Source of the DNA: Vulcanimicrobiota bacterium
GTDB taxonomy: Bacteria; Vulcanimicrobiota; Vulcanimicrobiia; Vulcanimicrobiales; Vulcanimicrobiaceae
NCBI GenBank assembly: GCA_963833095.1
Contig: CAWHWQ010000001.1
Location: forward strand, 640,001 to 704,000
Direction of reading: 5' to 3'
DNA length: 64,000 nt
A program made the translations under genes and the position numbers. The notes beneath the pieces were generated by a model. That model was not told the origin of the DNA. It did no database searches and saw only the letters and a list, made by a program, of their open reading frames with translations. Each line of letters begins with the position of its first letter. Within the stretch, counting starts at the first letter, position 1. Below, one piece after another: positions 50,034 through 59,630 of this stretch.

Positions 50034-50231
50034 GCTCTTTGCAAATTCATCTACTTGAACTTCACTACAAAAATGCAGTCGTCGACTACCCCGGATTTTG
50101 CGAGTTTGGGAAAAGTGTTAAGCAAGAAAGCCGAGAGAATTCCCCCGGCCTTCATCGTTGGTTTTTCCTTACCTAGTCAGCTCAGGCAGCGATGTATGCC
50201 ATCTAAGCTAACTTGACAGAATTACACCACC

Positions 50232-50681
50232 TCAGAACGGGATTTCGTCGTCCAACTCGTCGCCGAATGCGTCGCCTGCGGATGAGCCGTTGGCCGCACC
50301 TGGAGCGCCGCTGCGCGCGCCCGCATATGCGCCGCCACCGCCGCCGTCGCCTTCACCACCGCCCGCGCGCGAGCCGAGCATCTGCATGTTGTCGATCACC
50401 ACTTCGGTCGCTTTGCGTTTGTTGCCGTCCTTATCATCGTACGAACGAATGACAAGCCGGCCCTCGATCAGGGTGTTCGAACCCTTCTTTAAATAGGTGT
50501 TGCAGGTTTCACCGAGGCGGTCCCACGCGACGATGTCGACGAACGTGGTCTCCTCTTTATTGCGCGGGTTGTTGACCGCAAGCGTAAACTTCGTCACGGC
50601 CTTGCCCGACTGGGTGTAGCGGATCTCGGGATCGCGCGTGAGATTGCCCACCAGAATCACTCGATTATATGAACCTGCCAT
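50232..50681 (-). CDS. ssb: Single-stranded DNA-binding protein
   Basis: NRVILVGNLTRDPE; C-terminal DDEIPF. Confidence 0.97.
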   Translation of the reverse strand: MAGSYNRVILVGNLTRDPEIRYTQSGKAVTKFTLAVNNPRNKEETTFVDIVAWDRLGETCNTYLKKGSNTLIEGRLVIRSYDDKDGNKRKATEVVIDNMQMLGSRAGGGEGDGGGGGAYAGARSGAPGAANGSSAGDAFGDELDDEIPF

Positions 50682-50721
50682 AGTCGTACTCTCTTTCGCT
50701 TTGTCGCGCTGCTAGATACTC

Positions 50722-50765
50722 GAAAAATAGAGCGGGCTCGTGCCAGGTGTATGGCACGAGCCCGC
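50722..50765 (-). terminator. Intrinsic terminator-like hairpin between rpsF and ssb
   Basis: 14-bp perfect stem GCGGGCTCGTGCCA/TGGCACGAGCCCGC followed by TCTATTTTT on the minus strand. Confidence 0.65.
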
Positions 50766-50785
50766 CTGTCGAATGCGAAAGAGTT

Positions 50786-51223
50786 TTAGACCCGGTCCGG
50801 TGCGACCTGGGGGCGATCGGCGGGCTGCATCGGCGGCGTCAGCGGAACCTGCATCGGCGGCGTCAGCGGCACGGGGCCGGTCTGCATCGGCGGGGGCGGA
50901 GGATTGGCCAACGCATAGGCCATGGCCGCGAGGGCCTTCTTGTCCAGGGCGATTACCAGCGCACGGATCACGTCCTCGTCGAGCTTGAGCAGTCGCTCGA
51001 GTTCTATCGATGCTGGACCGGTGCTGCGAAACTGCATCGCCACATAGTTGCCTTCACGCAAATCGGCGATTTCGTAGGCCAGGCGCTTGCGGCCGAGCTT
51101 CTCGATGTTGACCACCTCACCGCCCTGGTTCTTGATGATCTCACCGATCGCAGCCGCGCGCGAATCGACTTCGGCCTCTTCAAAATTGGGCCGCAGGATG
51201 TAGGTTACTTCGTAATCGTTCAT
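50786..51223 (-). CDS. rpsF: 30S ribosomal protein S6 with Pro-rich repeat tail
   Basis: YEVTYILRP, LGRKRLAYEI, GNY, ELERLLKLDEDVIR. Confidence 0.95.
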   Translation of the reverse strand: MNDYEVTYILRPNFEEAEVDSRAAAIGEIIKNQGGEVVNIEKLGRKRLAYEIADLREGNYVAMQFRSTGPASIELERLLKLDEDVIRALVIALDKKALAAMAYALANPPPPPMQTGPVPLTPPMQVPLTPPMQPADRPQVAPDRV

Positions 51224-51230
51224 GGCTCGT

Positions 51231-51280
51231 TCCATCTATGGACGCCCTCGAGGGGCGGCCCCGTGTTTGGGGCAGGTGGT
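51231..51280 (-). promoter_or_regulatory. Putative S6:S18 ribosomal protein leader
   Basis: CCACCT-GCCCC-loop-GGGGC-CGC...GTCC-ATAGATGG just upstream of rpsF; same layout as the S6:S18 leader. Confidence 0.5.
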
Positions 51281-51312
51281 GGGGGAGATCAAAAGTCTCC
51301 CAAAACCCTGGA

Positions 51313-51341
51313 ATCTTACACTAGCCTTCCCTTAAACGCAA
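51313..51341 (-). promoter_or_regulatory. Putative sigma70 promoter of rpsF
   Basis: TTGCGT-N17-TAAGAT. Confidence 0.55.
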
Positions 51342-51377
51342 TGCCGCCCGTCGGGGGCAGTGCTAAGATGGGGGGCG

Positions 51378-54300
51378 ATGTCAATCGCCCGTTTTGCCGT
51401 CAACCGCCGGGTGGCCGTTTCCATGCTCGCCTTGGCGATCGTGGTCCTTGGCATTTTCGCCCTCCCGCGATTGCCGGTTGCCCTGCTCCCCAATTTCACC
51501 CCGCCGGTTGTCACCGTCTCGGTGACGTACCCCAACGTCGGGCCGGAGCAGATGGAAGCGCTGGTCACCCGTCCGATCGAGAACGCGGTGAGCCGCGTCA
51601 ACGGCATCGAACTGATCAACTCGGACTCTCAGCTCGGGCAAAGCAGGGTCACAGCCCAGTTCTACTACGGGACGAACCTCGACACGGCCGCCGTCGACGT
51701 GCAACAACAGGTCGATCAGATCCGCAGTCAGTTGCCCAACGACCCCAATCTGCAGCAGCCGCAAATCGCAAAGTGGGACTCCAATTCGTTGCCGGTCGTG
51801 CGTTTCTACGTGACCGATCCGAACATGCCGCTACGCGACCTGGGCGATCTCTTCGCGAATCAACTCTCCGATGAGTTCGCGTCGGTAGATGGGGTTGCCA
51901 ACGTCGTCGTCGGACAGGACCAACAGCGCGCGTTCATGATCGAACCCGACACGAACAAACTCGCTGCCTACGGTATGACGCTTAACCAAATCATCGGCCG
52001 CGTGCAGCAAGAGAATCTCAACCTCCCGGCCGGCATCGTGCAGGTTGGCCCCAACGAATACCAAGTGCGCGCCAACGCACTGCTCGCTAACGCCGCCCAG
52101 ATCGCCGATCTCGTGCTTGCCGTCAAGAACGGCAGCGTGATCCGCGTCGGCACCGTCGCAAAGGTCAGTGACTCGATCGAGGAGCAGCGCACCTACGAAC
52201 GCCTCAACGGCAAGCCGGCGATCGGCGTCGTGATCGACGCGCAGCCCAACGCCAACATCGTCGCCACGGCGGCCGGCACGTATCGCAAGATCGACCAAAT
52301 CACCAAGCGCTATGCCGGTATGAAGATCGGCGTTGTTTTCGATCAACAAAGCTTCATTCTCGAGGCGATCAACGCGCTCGAACACACGGCAATCTACGGC
52401 GCCATCCTAGCCGTCATCATCATTCTACTGTTCCTACATTCGTGGCGCACGACGCTGATCGTTGCGATTTCGCTGCCGATCTCGGTCCTCGGCGCGCTCT
52501 TCGTCGCGTACGTAAGCGGCTATTCGCTCAACATCATGACGCTGGGCGGCCTAGCGCTCGCGGTCGGCCTCATCGTCGACGACGCGATCGTCGTCATCGA
52601 GAACATCTACCGGCACATGGCGCTGGGACAATCGCCGCGCAACGCAGCCGAGAGCGCCACCACCGAAATCTTCAGCGCAGTTCTCGCGTCGTCGGTCACG
52701 GTATTCACGGTTTTCATTCCGCTGGTGCTCATCCCGGGGCTGCAAGGCTTGATCTTCACGCCGTTCGCGGTCATGGTGATGGCGGCGGTCGCGTTGTCGT
52801 TCATCGTCGCCGTCACAACGGTTCCGATGCTCTCGTCGATCCTGATTCGCAATAAATACGCGTCGGCAAATGGTCATGCCAACGGCAACGGAGGCACGCA
52901 AGGCGGCGGCGCATACACCCGTTTCGCACGCGGTTTCGACCGCGTCTACGACCGCTTCGAGCAATGGTACCGCAGCGTACTGGCGCGCGCCGTCGCGCGG
53001 CCCGGGCTGGTGGTCGCGATCGCGGTTGGCCTATTGTTTCTGACGATTGCAGCCGCCAAATTGGGCGCGGTCGCCACCGAAATTTTTCCGGCGTCCAACT
53101 CGGTCTTCGTGCGCTTCAATCTGCAGATGCCAACCGGAACCGCGGTCAACATCACGAATGCGACGTTCGGCGAAATCGAGCAGGCGATGCTCAAGGATCC
53201 CCGCGTGCTCTATGTCGGCGCATCGGTCGGTCAAGAAGGCTACATCGGCAACGGAACGCAGGTCACAAATCAGGGCAACCTTTCCGTCGAACTCAAGCCG
53301 CAGTACAGCGGCAATGACGCCGCGGCCTACGTGCGCGATTGGACGACGAAGCTAGGTAAAATTCCGGGACTGCGCACGTACGGGCGCACGGTCGATATCG
53401 TGCAGAACATAATCTCGCGCGGTCAAGATGCGCTCGACGTGCAAATCTTTGGTCCCGACGTGCGCACACTGTACAACCTGGCGCAATACACTGCTGTCCC
53501 TGCGCTTTCGCGTATTCCCGGTATTCAAACGCCGCAGAGTAGCATCTCGGCGTCGCAGCCCGAGCTCGACATCAACGTCGATCGGGCGAAAGCCGCGCAA
53601 CTCGGCATTTCGACGCAGGCGATTTCCAACACGATCGATACCGCAACGTCGGGCACGATCGCCTCATACATGCAAGTCAACGGCACGCAGTATCCCATCA
53701 TCGTGCAACTACCTCCGGATCAACGCCGCTCGCTGCAAAACGTGCTCTCGCTCCAAATTCCCCTCTCGGCGTTGCCCGGCGCAAGCACCGGAAGCGTTGC
53801 AAACGGTGCGGCGAGCGGCGCGCTGGGCGGATCGATCGTGCAAAGCTCGAGCGACCAGGGCGCCGGCGCGACCCTGCCGGTGATGGCGCTCCGAGAGCTG
53901 GCCAACATCAGCTTCGGGGCGGGCCCCTCGGAAATCACACGGCAAGACAAACTGCGCGAGATCGACGTTACAGCCGGCCTCGACACCGCACCGCTCGGTG
54001 CGGCGGTGCAAGCGGCGACCAAGATCATGAACGGCATCGCGCTTCCGCCCGGCTACTATTGGCAGTTCGGCCAAACCGTCACCCAGCAGAGTGACACGTT
54101 CGGAAGCCTCGGACTCATCGTGCTGCTTGCGATCATCCTCATCTACATGCTCCTCGCGGCGCAGTTCGAATCGCTCCTGCATCCCCTGGTGATCATGGTC
54201 GCGGTGCCGCTCGCTTCAACCGGCGTCGTGCTCTCGCTGTGGATCACGCATCGGGCCTTCGGCCTGACCGCCTTCATCGGCGTCTTGATGCTGGTCGGTA

Positions 54301-54671
54301 TCGTGGTCAAGAACGCGATCCTCGTGGTCGAGTTCACGAACCAGCTCCGCGAGCGAGGCTACGCGGTGAAGGAAGCGGTGCTCCATGCAGCGCCCCTGCG
54401 GCTGCGGCCCATCTTGATGACGACCCTGGCTTCGGTGGGCGGGATGCTGCCGATTGCCCTGGGCATCGAGGCCGGCAGCCAGACCCAGGCGCCCCTCGGC
54501 ACGGTGGTCATCGGCGGACTGCTCTTCTCGACTACCCTCTCGCTCATCGTGGTTCCGACGCTCTACCTTTGGGTCGCGCAGCACGTCGAGCCGCGCTTCG
54601 GCGGGTTCCACCGCCACCAAGGCACCCAGGCCACAATGACCACGCCGCTAGCCGTGCCAAGCGAGGTCTAG
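51378..54671 (+). CDS. RND efflux transporter permease (AcrB/SwrC-like)
   Basis: VTRPIE, LAVGLIVDDAIVVIEN, GIVVKNAIL, RLRPILMT. Confidence 0.93.
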   Translation: MSIARFAVNRRVAVSMLALAIVVLGIFALPRLPVALLPNFTPPVVTVSVTYPNVGPEQMEALVTRPIENAVSRVNGIELINSDSQLGQSRVTAQFYYGTNLDTAAVDVQQQVDQIRSQLPNDPNLQQPQIAKWDSNSLPVVRFYVTDPNMPLRDLGDLFANQLSDEFASVDGVANVVVGQDQQRAFMIEPDTNKLAAYGMTLNQIIGRVQQENLNLPAGIVQVGPNEYQVRANALLANAAQIADLVLAVKNGSVIRVGTVAKVSDSIEEQRTYERLNGKPAIGVVIDAQPNANIVATAAGTYRKIDQITKRYAGMKIGVVFDQQSFILEAINALEHTAIYGAILAVIIILLFLHSWRTTLIVAISLPISVLGALFVAYVSGYSLNIMTLGGLALAVGLIVDDAIVVIENIYRHMALGQSPRNAAESATTEIFSAVLASSVTVFTVFIPLVLIPGLQGLIFTPFAVMVMAAVALSFIVAVTTVPMLSSILIRNKYASANGHANGNGGTQGGGAYTRFARGFDRVYDRFEQWYRSVLARAVARPGLVVAIAVGLLFLTIAAAKLGAVATEIFPASNSVFVRFNLQMPTGTAVNITNATFGEIEQAMLKDPRVLYVGASVGQEGYIGNGTQVTNQGNLSVELKPQYSGNDAAAYVRDWTTKLGKIPGLRTYGRTVDIVQNIISRGQDALDVQIFGPDVRTLYNLAQYTAVPALSRIPGIQTPQSSISASQPELDINVDRAKAAQLGISTQAISNTIDTATSGTIASYMQVNGTQYPIIVQLPPDQRRSLQNVLSLQIPLSALPGASTGSVANGAASGALGGSIVQSSSDQGAGATLPVMALRELANISFGAGPSEITRQDKLREIDVTAGLDTAPLGAAVQAATKIMNGIALPPGYYWQFGQTVTQQSDTFGSLGLIVLLAIILIYMLLAAQFESLLHPLVIMVAVPLASTGVVLSLWITHRAFGLTAFIGVLMLVGIVVKNAILVVEFTNQLRERGYAVKEAVLHAAPLRLRPILMTTLASVGGMLPIALGIEAGSQTQAPLGTVVIGGLLFSTTLSLIVVPTLYLWVAQHVEPRFGGFHRHQGTQATMTTPLAVPSEV

Positions 54672-54728
54672 GCTCCTAACCTCAAGAAAGCGTTCGGTAA
54701 GCGTTCTCTCGCTTTTCAGGGGTGCCCG

Positions 54729-57100
54729 ATGCTACGTCATCGCCTACTATTCGGCGCGGCTATCGCTGCGTTTGCTGCGCTCATTGCCGCTTGCGGTGGC
54801 GGCGGTAGCGGATCGAGCCCACTTCCCGCCGGCGCACCGGGAGGCTCCAAAACGACAGGCGCTACCGTCCGCGTGCTAATCCCCACGGCGAGCAGCTCGT
54901 CTTCGAATACGCGCAAACCGGCGTTCATTTCGCCGAGTACCGCGACGATCACCATCTCGGTCTACACCGTCAACGGCGCGACGCCGAGTCCGGCAACGGC
55001 CCCAGTTTCGGTTGCCCTTGCGACAAGCCCGGATTGCACCAACGCGACAAACGGCGTTATCTGCACGATCACGGTCACCGTTCCGGTGGCGACCGCCGTC
55101 GTGCTGCAAATCTCCAGCTACGATGCCAGCGGCAATCTGCTCGGACAAGGTCTGCTCGGACCGATCAATACCACGCTAGCGACAATCCCAACGCAGACCG
55201 TTTCCGTCGGCGGCGTCCCGGCGACGATCGTCCTTAGCCCAAGCGGTCTTGCCGCCGGCGACGACGGTGCTACGCATCCCATACCATTTTTGGTCTCTGC
55301 GCTCGACGCGGCCGGGAACACGATCATTGCGCCGGGCTCGTATCCCAATCCGATTACCCTTTCGATTTCCGGGGATACGAACGGTGCACTTGCGCTTTCC
55401 ACGACGACCATAGCGTCGCCCGGTCCAACCACCGTCACGCTACACTACAATTCGGCGGTTGCAATCACGCAAGCGACGATCACCGCCAAGTCGGGCACGC
55501 TCAGCGCGTCCGTTCCCTTTGCACCGATCGTCTTCTCGCCAACCTCGCTCCCGTCGCTTTTTGTCGGCGGCTCAATGCAAACGGTGACGGTGAGCGAAGC
55601 CGGCTACGGCGCCGCGTTCAACCTGAGCGGCGGGAGCACGACCGCGTCCGTCACGTGCGTCCCGTCGAACTGCACGCCGGCGAGTGTCGGCGGCAGCGTC
55701 ACGATTGATGTTGCGCCTGGAAGCAGCGCCGGCACTGAAAGTGTTAGCGTCATCGACGCGAACGGCGGCTTTGCGAACATCCCGGTTACCGTGACCCAGT
55801 CGGGTGGCGGCGGTGAACTCGTGGCGCCGTCATACACGATCGACGAATATCCGGCAACGGCTCCATGCGGCGGCCCGCCGCAGAATCTACGGCATCGCCG
55901 ATGGGTCCCGACGGGCAGATCCTTTGGTTCCTCGATCAAGGCGATGCGGGACTCGATTCGGTTATTGCATCTCCGGCGCCTGCACCACGTCGACTGCGGA
56001 ATGATCGGCGTCAGTAGCCCGTTTGTCACGTGCCCTCCCGCACTTCGGCTACAACTGTTACGGTCTGCAATCGATCATCGCTGCCTCCGACGGCAACCTG
56101 TACGTGGCTGACGTTGGGAATCGTGGGCCACGGCAATACCGATTCGGCACTGCCTACCAAGTACCGGTTGCAGTAGCGACGTACTTCTATCTGCAACGTC
56201 GCCGATGACAAGCGATGCCCGTTGCCACACCCCAGGCCGGCGCGATGCTCGCCGCACCCGACGGCAATATTTACTGTCTCGTCGCAATATGCCAAGTCGG
56301 GATGTTGCGGCGGCACCATCATGGACTCGACGATATGCCGGCTGCTGCTCGTTCAACTCCACTTTCCTTGCCTGCGCCGAGTGGCGTCGTCGCCACCGTA
56401 TAATACATCCTATGTCAACGGTATGATCGTCGACTCATGCGGGCACGACGCTATGGTTCACTGACGGCGGCACGGGAAACGTCGGCTTCATGCCGATACC
56501 TTGCGCAGGCGGTTGCGGCATCACGGAACTCCCACAGAATGTCTCGACGTGCAACAAGAATGCGGTGCACGTCATCGACCATCAGCCTTACACGCGGGCA
56601 AGAGGATCGTGCATCCATTCACCGCAGAAGGCACCGATACATTATCGTCAACGCTGTGGCCATCCGCAATTGCGCCGGCGCTCAACGGCATCGTTTCGGG
56701 CCCCGACGGGAATCTCTACGTTGCCGAGGCGGGTGCAATCACATGATCGATCAGACTCGACCTCAACGGTCTGGGAATAGCGCATCGTCGGGAAGTTACA
56801 CTCCGTACACACTCGACGTGCACGTACTCGCCGATACCATTACCGCAGAGAGCGGTATACCGATGAAATTTAACCATCGGTCGCAGATGGCAACGTCTGG
56901 TTCACCGACACGACTGGCTACGTCGGGTTCATTTCGCTGAGTACGCTGTGCGAGTCGTCGAACGTGTAAAGCGTTCGAATACTCAGCGGGCTGGGACGCC
57001 CTGGGGAATTGCGCGCCGGATCCGACGGAGATATTTGGTTCACGGATTCAGTTCTACCGACTCGAATGGTAATAACATCGGAAAGGTGGTGCTCCAGTGA
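54729..57100 (+). CDS. Large lipoprotein with C-terminal Vgb-like beta-propeller repeats; many frameshifts after about 55870
   Basis: Lipobox IAACGGGG; blades GPDG/SDGNLYV/PDGNIY/GPDGNLYVAE/GSDGDIWFTD scattered across frames; end approximate. Confidence 0.65.
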
Positions 57101-58888
57101 ACCGGCCGCACGTCATCGCACGTCATTGTCATTGCTCTGCGCTGCTGACCGCATGCGGCGGCGGAGGCGGCAAAGGGAGATCATTGCCTCCGACCGGCGT
57201 CGGCCCGCAAGCAAGAAGATCGGAACTGCGACGTTCACGCTGAAAATCCCGAGCTCGTCGACGATGACCAAACTGCGCCGCCGCTACTATCAGTCGCAAG
57301 CGACGCAAGGCGTGGCAATCGATTGGATGTCGACAAATCCGAGTGCGCCCGATTACTCCGCGCCCATCACCGCGACGTGTCCTAGTCCTGCGCCAAGTGC
57401 ATATCCGCCGGGCGTTACGAACTGCGTCGGGCCAACGCAGTCGGCCGATGGCGGTACCGACTACACGTTCCAGTTGTCGATTCCGGCGGGAACCTATCCG
57501 AACTTCACCGTGACGACCTTCGATCAAGCGCCGGCAAGTGGCGAAACGTTCACTGCGAGTGCAAATATGCTTGCGCAAGGTCAACTCGCCGCGCCCGTCG
57601 TGATCACCGGCGGCTCGAGCAACACGATTCCGAATCTCACGTTCTACGGCATCCCTGCCGCGGTGAGTTTCGTTCCCGGCCCGGCGCAGTCGCACGTCGT
57701 GACATATGGTGGCAACCTCGCCGTGATCGGCAATGCCCCGCAGACGTTCTTCGCGCAAGCAGTTGATGCCGATGGCTTCGTCATCGACAGCACCGACAGT
57801 AGCGCACCAACCGTAACGGTTGCTGAAGCGGAGAGCGATTCGCCGCAAGAGTTCACCATCGCGACGACGGCGACGCCATACGAATATACACTGACAGCGA
57901 AAAACGCAATCGCAACGCAACAATCGATTTGAATGCGATGCCCGGCGGGACCGGTCTCTTGTCGATGGTCGGACGCGTCATGTTAACGCCGATTCAAGAA
58001 CTGTGGACAACGAAGCCGGTGGTACCGGGCTCGATGGGCGTCTTCCGGCTTTCCATTGTATCAACGAACTCGTACTTGCCCAGCGTGTTCCTCGACTACT
58101 CCGATCCGACAACTCTGCTCGCGGCTACCTGCAATTGGTATTACTCCGCGATCGACCGAACGGGGGATCTCTGGGTCGAATCGCGAGGGACACCGGGCGT
58201 TTACGAGTTCGCAGCCGGGGCGCGGTTCGCAGGGCTTGTCGCGCCAAGCGTCGCGGCGACGGTTATTCCGCTCGGAACTCACGCCCACAATCAGTCGCAA
58301 TCGATGCAACGGCAAACATCTACGTCGTCCGACTATCGATGATTCGACGATTAAGATCTATAACACGTCTGAACGCACCGTCGTCGACAGCGCTGGTGAC
58401 AATCACCGACAGCAACGCGATCCCCGCGTCGAATACGCCAATGCCCTGCGCTCGAACGGAGACATTTAGGTCGGCGATTCGCCGGTATCACGGTATTTGG
58501 CCCATACAGCGGCCGACGCGAGGCAATCGTCCCAGTTGGACGGATCACCAGCGGCTCGGGTATCCCAAGGGCTTGCTTTCGATTCATCCGGGCAATTGTG
58601 GATTTACGACGAGGACGGCGGCGTCGTCGCCGTGTAACTATCGGCGGAACACAACAAGCGTAACGCAGTCGGCGCCGCCATGCGCTATCACCGGGTCGAT
58701 CGATCGAGCTGGCTCAGAGCAACTCGGCGTCACGGCACAAGGCGCCGGATGGATGGGCGGACCCGGTTCGTTGAACGGCATCTATGCGTACGTTCACCGA
58801 AGCTCTACGCTCGCGACATCGACGCTCTAGAGCAACTTCGGTTCAACACAATTCGTCAGCGTATGGTCGGTAATTGATCGCGCCGTAG
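57097..58888 (+). CDS. Second large lipoprotein with beta-propeller-like C-terminus, multiply frameshifted
   Basis: LTACGGGG start region, ATFTLKIP, SQATQG, IDRTGDLWV blade; boundaries approximate. Confidence 0.5.
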
Positions 58889-58894
58889 CCGACG

Positions 58895-59630
58895 CTAGCG
58901 AACGAAAAAGACGATCGTCATGATCGTGCCGATCGCGATGACGAACCATCGGCCATATGCTTCTGGTACGCGGCGAAAGAGATGCGCGCCGACGTATCCG
59001 CCGATGAGCGCCACGACGGCCATCGGAATTGCGTAGCGCCAGTCGATGATCCGTGCGATCAAAAACGGTACGAATCGAAAACCCGTTGATCGCGACCGCG
59101 AGCACGTTCTTCATGCCGTTGGTCGCGTTGAAGCTCGGCAAGTCCGAGAAAGCGAGCAGCGCGAGCATCATGATCCCGATTCCCGCGGTGAAGTAGCCGC
59201 CGTAGACCGCGACGGCAAACTGCGCACATATTGCCATGACTGGTGCGTCGGGTGGCCGCCGCGCGATTTGGTCAGCAAGCGGACTCGCAGCGAAAAGCGC
59301 TGTCGCGAAGAGCAAGAGCCACGGAATGAGCCGGTTAAACGCGGCCGGCGGCGTGAGCAGGAGCAGCGATGCGCCTAGCACGGCGCCGACGATGCTAATC
59401 CCGAGCATCGCATACAGCATGCTCTTGTGCGGCTGCACGTCGCCCCAATAGGCGCGCGCGCCACCGAGCGTGCCCACCCACATCGCGGCGCTGTTAGTCG
59501 CATTGGCGGGAATCGACGGAACGCCGGCCAGGATCAGCGCGGGAAAACTCAAGAAGCTTCCGCCGCCTGCGATGCTGTTCATGGCCCGCAAAAAAAGCTG
59601 CCCCGATGGGCAGCAGTTCGTTCGAAAGAG
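58895..59630 (-). CDS. Sulfite exporter TauE/SafE family, frameshifted
   Basis: MNSIAGGGSFLSFPAL, ANATNS, VYGGYFTAGIG, NGMKNVL. Confidence 0.8.

Noticed and set aside
15694..50178. GACTAGGT near both ends of the ssb-rpsR gap as att sites
   Set aside because: 8 bp in inverted orientation; expected by chance.
50232..50240. TCAGAACGG at the ssb stop matching the 8-bp tandem units, as a target duplication
   Set aside because: Only 9 bp and constrained by the PF-stop codons; cannot be distinguished from chance.
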